Below, piece by piece: positions 60,372 to 64,000 of a DNA stretch of 64,000 nt. This DNA is from Woeseiaceae bacterium (GTDB taxonomy: Bacteria; Pseudomonadota; Gammaproteobacteria; Steroidobacterales; Woeseiaceae). The position numbers were made by a program, and so were the translations under genes. The number at the start of each line of letters is the position of its first letter. The first letter of the stretch is position 1. The stretch spans positions 1,656-65,655 of the forward strand of contig JANQMR010000039.1 in NCBI GenBank assembly GCA_028279985.1. The letters run 5' to 3'. The notes below the pieces were generated by a model. That model did not search any database and had not been told where the DNA came from. It saw only the letters and a program-made list of their open reading frames with translations.

Positions 60372-61450
60372 CGGATCTTGAGGCTCGCAAGGCCGATCAG
60401 CACCAGGATCACGGTGATGATCCAGAATCGCACGATTACTTTTGGCTCGGCCCAACCCTTGAGCTCGAAGTGGTGATGCAGGGGCGCCATTCGGAATACG
60501 CGTTTACCGGTCAACTTGTAGGAGGCCACCTGGATCATCACGGACAGCGTCTCGACCACGAACACGCCGCCCATGATCACCAACACGATCTCCTGGCGGA
60601 CGACGACCGCGACGCAGCCGAGCGCCGCGCCCAGCGCCAGCGCGCCGATGTCGCCCATGAAAACCTGGGCCGGGTAAGTGTTGAACCACAGAAAACCCAG
60701 CCCTGCGCCCGCCAGCGCGGCGCAAAAAACCAGGATCTCGCCGGTGCCCGGCACGTAGGGGATGCCGAGGTAACCCGAGAAATTGATGTTTCCGGTGACA
60801 TAAGCGAACACGCCCAGCGCGCCGCCGACCAGCACGGAAGGCATGATCGCCAGGCCGTCGAGACCGTCGGTGAGATTGACGGCGTTCGAAAAACCAACAA
60901 TAAAAAAGTACGTCACGACGACCTGCAATATCCCGATGGATATCGCGAGATCTTTGAAGTACGGAATCAGCAACGAGGTCGAAACCTCATCGGTCGCCGT
61001 GACGTACAAAGCAATGGCAGCGGTCAGAGCCGCTGCAGACTGCCAGAAGAACTTGGTCCCGGCCGAGATGCCGGCCGGATCCTGTAATACGAGTTTCTTG
61101 TAGTCGTCCACATAGCCGATCACGCCGAAGGCAATCGTGACCAGCAGCACGATCCAGACGAAACGGTTCTCCAGGTCCGCCCACAACAGCGTGCTGAACG
61201 CGATCGCAATCAGGATCAGCGCCCCGCCCATCGTCGGCGTGCCGGCCTTCGGCAGATGCGTGATCGGTCCGTCGGCGCGTACCGGCTGTCCGACTTGATT
61301 GACGGACAGCCTGGCGATCATTCGCGGTCCGATCGCGAAGCACAGCACCAGCGCGGTCAGCGCTCCCAGAATCGCGCGCATCGTCAGGTAGTTGAAGACG
61401 TTGAAGCCCGATTCGAACTGCGACAGGTATTGCGTGACATACAGCAGCAC
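60368..61450 (-). CDS. mraY: Phospho-N-acetylmuramoyl-pentapeptide transferase
   Basis: The GTG at 61450 gives [34 protein letters not shown], collinear with E. coli MraY ([27 protein letters not shown]). It starts 2 nt after the murF stop. Confidence 0.95.
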   Translation of the reverse strand: MLLYVTQYLSQFESGFNVFNYLTMRAILGALTALVLCFAIGPRMIARLSVNQVGQPVRADGPITHLPKAGTPTMGGALILIAIAFSTLLWADLENRFVWIVLLVTIAFGVIGYVDDYKKLVLQDPAGISAGTKFFWQSAAALTAAIALYVTATDEVSTSLLIPYFKDLAISIGILQVVVTYFFIVGFSNAVNLTDGLDGLAIMPSVLVGGALGVFAYVTGNINFSGYLGIPYVPGTGEILVFCAALAGAGLGFLWFNTYPAQVFMGDIGALALGAALGCVAVVVRQEIVLVIMGGVFVVETLSVMIQVASYKLTGKRVFRMAPLHHHFELKGWAEPKVIVRFWIITVILVLIGLASLKIR

Positions 61451-61452
61451 GG

Positions 61453-62814
61453 CTATACCTCCGGCCGATCGGTATCGGGCCGCCGCAGCGCGTCGACGAC
61501 CCGTTCCATGCGCATGAAACGCGAACCCTTCACCAGGACCTTGACGTCTGCGTCCAGCGCCGGTGCGAGCGCCGCAATCAGCGCGTCTACCGAAGAGAAC
61601 CACTCCCCGTCGCCGCCGAAACCGTTCACGGTGTTCCGGGACAGGCCGCCGGCCGCGAACAGGCGCGATACGCCGGCTTTCTTTACCCGCTCCCCGACTT
61701 CGCGATGCAGCCGCGGGGCGTCGTCGCCGAGCTCGGCCATGTCGCCGAGCACCAACCAGTGCTCACCCGGTAACGTCGTCAGGAACTCCGCGGCGGCGAC
61801 GACGCTGTTCGGGTTCGCGTTGTAGCTGTCGTCGAATACCGTCGATCCGTTCACGCCCTCGAGCGGTCGCAGCCTTCCGGAAACCGGCTGCACCGATTCG
61901 AGGGCGGCGCGAATCGTTTGCGCGTCGATGCCGAGCGCAGTGGCGATCGCCGCCGCCGCACAAGCGTTCCGAACGTTGTGCCTGCCGGGCAAGGCCAGCG
62001 ACACGTCGATCTCGCCGCCGGGGAGACGCATGCGGAAGCCGGTCAGCCCGGCTTCGGCTTTAATCCGAGTCGCGTGGACGTCCGCGTCGCCGCCGAGCCC
62101 GAAACTCAACACGCCCACATCTTCGACCAGCGAAGACCAGTACTCGAAATAATGGTCGTCGGCATTGAGCACGGCGAAGTTCGGTCTTTTTTCCCCGGAC
62201 AGGATCTCGCCTTTCGCACGCGCGACGCCGTCGATGGAACCGAAACCCTCCAGGTGCGCGGCGCCGGCGTTGGTCAGCGCAACGACGTCCGGACCGGCGA
62301 GCGACGTGAGATAGGCGATCTCGCCCGCGTGGTTCGCGCCCATTTCGATGACCGCATATCGGTGTTCGGACTCGATTCGGCTCAGCATCAGCGGCACGCC
62401 GATCTCGTTGTTGAGGTTGCCGTGGGTCGCAAGCGTCTGCCCGGCCGCCGAAAGGCACGCAGCGGTCAGCTCTTTGAGCGTGGTCTTGCCGTTACTGCCG
62501 GTGATCCCCACGACCGTCACGTCTTGACGCTCCCGCCAGGCGGCCCCGAGCCTGCCCAGCGCCGCCCGCGTATCGGCGACGACGATCTGCGCGAGATCGA
62601 CGTCGGCCGCCTCGCTGACCACCGCAGCCGCCGCACCCTGCTCGGCGGCCTGGGCAACGTAGTCGTGACCGTCGAAGTTCGGTCCTTTGAGGGCAAAAAA
62701 CAGCTCGCCGCCGACCATGTTGCGGGTATCGGTGCCGATGGCGGTGAACGGCCGGTCGTCACCCCGCAATACGCCGTGCATGGCTGCCGCCGCGAAGCTC
62801 AGATCCGCTTTCAT
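61453..62814 (-). CDS. murF: UDP-N-acetylmuramoyl-tripeptide--D-alanyl-D-alanine ligase
   Basis: 453 aa with P-loop GSNGKTT and the Mur ligase middle and C-terminal domains. Overlaps the murE stop by 4 nt. Confidence 0.9.
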   Translation of the reverse strand: MKADLSFAAAAMHGVLRGDDRPFTAIGTDTRNMVGGELFFALKGPNFDGHDYVAQAAEQGAAAAVVSEAADVDLAQIVVADTRAALGRLGAAWRERQDVTVVGITGSNGKTTLKELTAACLSAAGQTLATHGNLNNEIGVPLMLSRIESEHRYAVIEMGANHAGEIAYLTSLAGPDVVALTNAGAAHLEGFGSIDGVARAKGEILSGEKRPNFAVLNADDHYFEYWSSLVEDVGVLSFGLGGDADVHATRIKAEAGLTGFRMRLPGGEIDVSLALPGRHNVRNACAAAAIATALGIDAQTIRAALESVQPVSGRLRPLEGVNGSTVFDDSYNANPNSVVAAAEFLTTLPGEHWLVLGDMAELGDDAPRLHREVGERVKKAGVSRLFAAGGLSRNTVNGFGGDGEWFSSVDALIAALAPALDADVKVLVKGSRFMRMERVVDALRRPDTDRPEV

Positions 62815-64000
62815 CGCTTTGCCCCTGCGTCGCCGGTCCGCCCGGCCTCGAGACGGGCGGCGGCGATTGCGTAATCGGAGAAATCGATACGTCCCGTGCC
62901 CAACTGTTGTTGATGCTCGTGGCCCTTGCCGGCAATCAGCACGACATCGCCGGTTGCGGCGGCATCGATGCCGTGCGCAATCGCCGCCTCGCGATCGTTT
63001 ATGACCGTGGCGTCGGCAGGCCGCAGCAAACCCGCCAGGATTTCGGCGTTGATGCGCTCCGGCGCCTCACCGCGCGGATTGTCCGACGTCAGCACGACCG
63101 CGTCCGCCAGACGCTCGGCGACGCGACCCATCAGCGGACGTTTGCCGCGGTCGCGCTCGCCGCCGCAGCCGAACACGCACCACAATCTGCCGCGGCAGTG
63201 CGGCCGCAAGGCTTCAAGCGCCGCCTCCAGGGCATCCGGCGTGTGTGCGTAGTCTATGTAGACCCTGGGCCCGCCGCGGTCCGACCCTACGCGCTGCATA
63301 CGCCCCGGCGGCGCCTCGGCGCCGGACAGGGCCCGACACACGGCGTCGATCGGATGTCCCTGATGCAACAACAACGCGAGCACCAGGACCGCGTTTGCAA
63401 CGTTGAAGCCGCCCGGCATCGCAATCTCGAGCCTTGCCTCACCCCAGGAGCCGCTAAGGTCGATCTCGGAGCCTTCCTCGCGGGCGACGACCGAACGGAC
63501 GAAAACGTGCGGACGGCCGTGCGCCGCCCGGTCCGGTGTCGTGGACACGACCACGACCTCGCCGCGGCAGCGCTCCGCAAGCCGGCTACCGAAGTCGGAA
63601 TCGATGTTGATGATCCCGACTCGCGGCCGGCAGTCGGTGAACAGCAAAGCCTTGGCTTCGCCGTAGCGCGACATGTCGCCGTGATAGTCGAGATGGTCGC
63701 GAGTCAGATTGGTGAACAGGGCGTACTCGAACGTAAGGCCGTCGACGCGCCCTTGCGCCAGGGCATGCGACGACACCTCGACGGCCGCCTGCGATGCGCC
63801 GCTATCGCGAAAATCCGCGAGCCGCCGGTGGAACTCGATGACATCGGGCGTGGTCATGCCGTCGCCGGCGGTCAACGCTTCGACGCCGTAGCCGAGCGTA
63901 CCCGCGTATCCGCAGCTTACGCCGAGGTCGCGAAGACACCGTGCAATCAGCCAGGCCACCGTGGTCTTGCCGTTGGTGCCCGTGACGCCGCTGACCGCGA
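62811..64000 (-). CDS. murE: UDP-N-acetylmuramoyl-L-alanyl-D-glutamate--2,6-diaminopimelate ligase (5' end beyond the window)
   Basis: The frame stays open to the window edge. The sequence upstream of the track start reads ...AVSGVTGTNGKTTVAWLIARCL (P-loop), so the M at 63959 is an internal GTG. The DNPR motif (TSDNPRGE) is present. Confidence 0.9.
   Translation of the reverse strand, partial: AVSGVTGTNGKTTVAWLIARCLRDLGVSCGYAGTLGYGVEALTAGDGMTTPDVIEFHRRLADFRDSGASQAAVEVSSHALAQGRVDGLTFEYALFTNLTRDHLDYHGDMSRYGEAKALLFTDCRPRVGIINIDSDFGSRLAERCRGEVVVVSTTPDRAAHGRPHVFVRSVVAREEGSEIDLSGSWGEARLEIAMPGGFNVANAVLVLALLLHQGHPIDAVCRALSGAEAPPGRMQRVGSDRGGPRVYIDYAHTPDALEAALEALRPHCRGRLWCVFGCGGERDRGKRPLMGRVAERLADAVVLTSDNPRGEAPERINAEILAGLLRPADATVINDREAAIAHGIDAAATGDVVLIAGKGHEHQQQLGTGRIDFSDYAIAAARLEAGRTGDAGAKR

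Overview
High-G+C (spot counts about 60-72% per 60-nt line) gammaproteobacterial chromosomal segment. The gene order sucCD-pilSR-pilA-pilBCD-coaE-zapD resembles Xanthomonadales-type genomes, but the taxon cannot be fixed from the sequence alone. The window is almost fully coding. From left to right it holds: (1) tRNA-Arg/tRNA-Ser-csrA-alaS-recX-recA-thpR-pncC-GT4 on the minus strand, then mutS, an alpha/beta hydrolase, aspS, DUF502, an FmdB zinc ribbon, clpB-pgeF-rluD / bamD, nadE and sucDC. (2) A type IV pilus locus, pilS-pilR ... pilA1-pilA2-pilB-pilC-pilD, followed by coaE-zapD / mutT-secA, an M23 peptidase, a DUF721 gene and lpxC. (3) The complete distal dcw cluster ftsZ-ftsA-ftsQ-ddl-murB-murC-murG-ftsW-murD-mraY-murF-murE, with murE running off the right edge. 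Many junctions are 4-nt ATGA/GTGA start-stop overlaps. The only clearly accessory region is a lower-G+C block of about 9 kb (27.1-36.1 kb) between pilR and the sigma-54-dependent pilA1. It encodes two tandem paralogous GT-C/TMTC-like membrane glycosyltransferases with helical-repeat C-termini, a GtrB/Dpm1-like GT2, a membrane-anchored methyltransferase, a flippase-like protein, a pyruvyl transferase and a GT4. I read it as a candidate, apparently undescribed, lipid-carrier-dependent pilin glycosylation (pilus-phage receptor masking) system. Two other features recur or stand out. Short tandem repeat arrays (9-40 nt units, 2-5 copies) are anchored on stop codons or abut start codons at more than a dozen gene boundaries, and several create runs of in-frame stops. 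An 18-nt x about 16 array between aspS and the hydrolase varies almost only at every third base, the signature of a selected hexapeptide-repeat protein (PPGTEP). Most long ORFs in the track that run antisense to these genes are high-GC artefacts. No rRNA, CRISPR array, transposase or integrase was seen.
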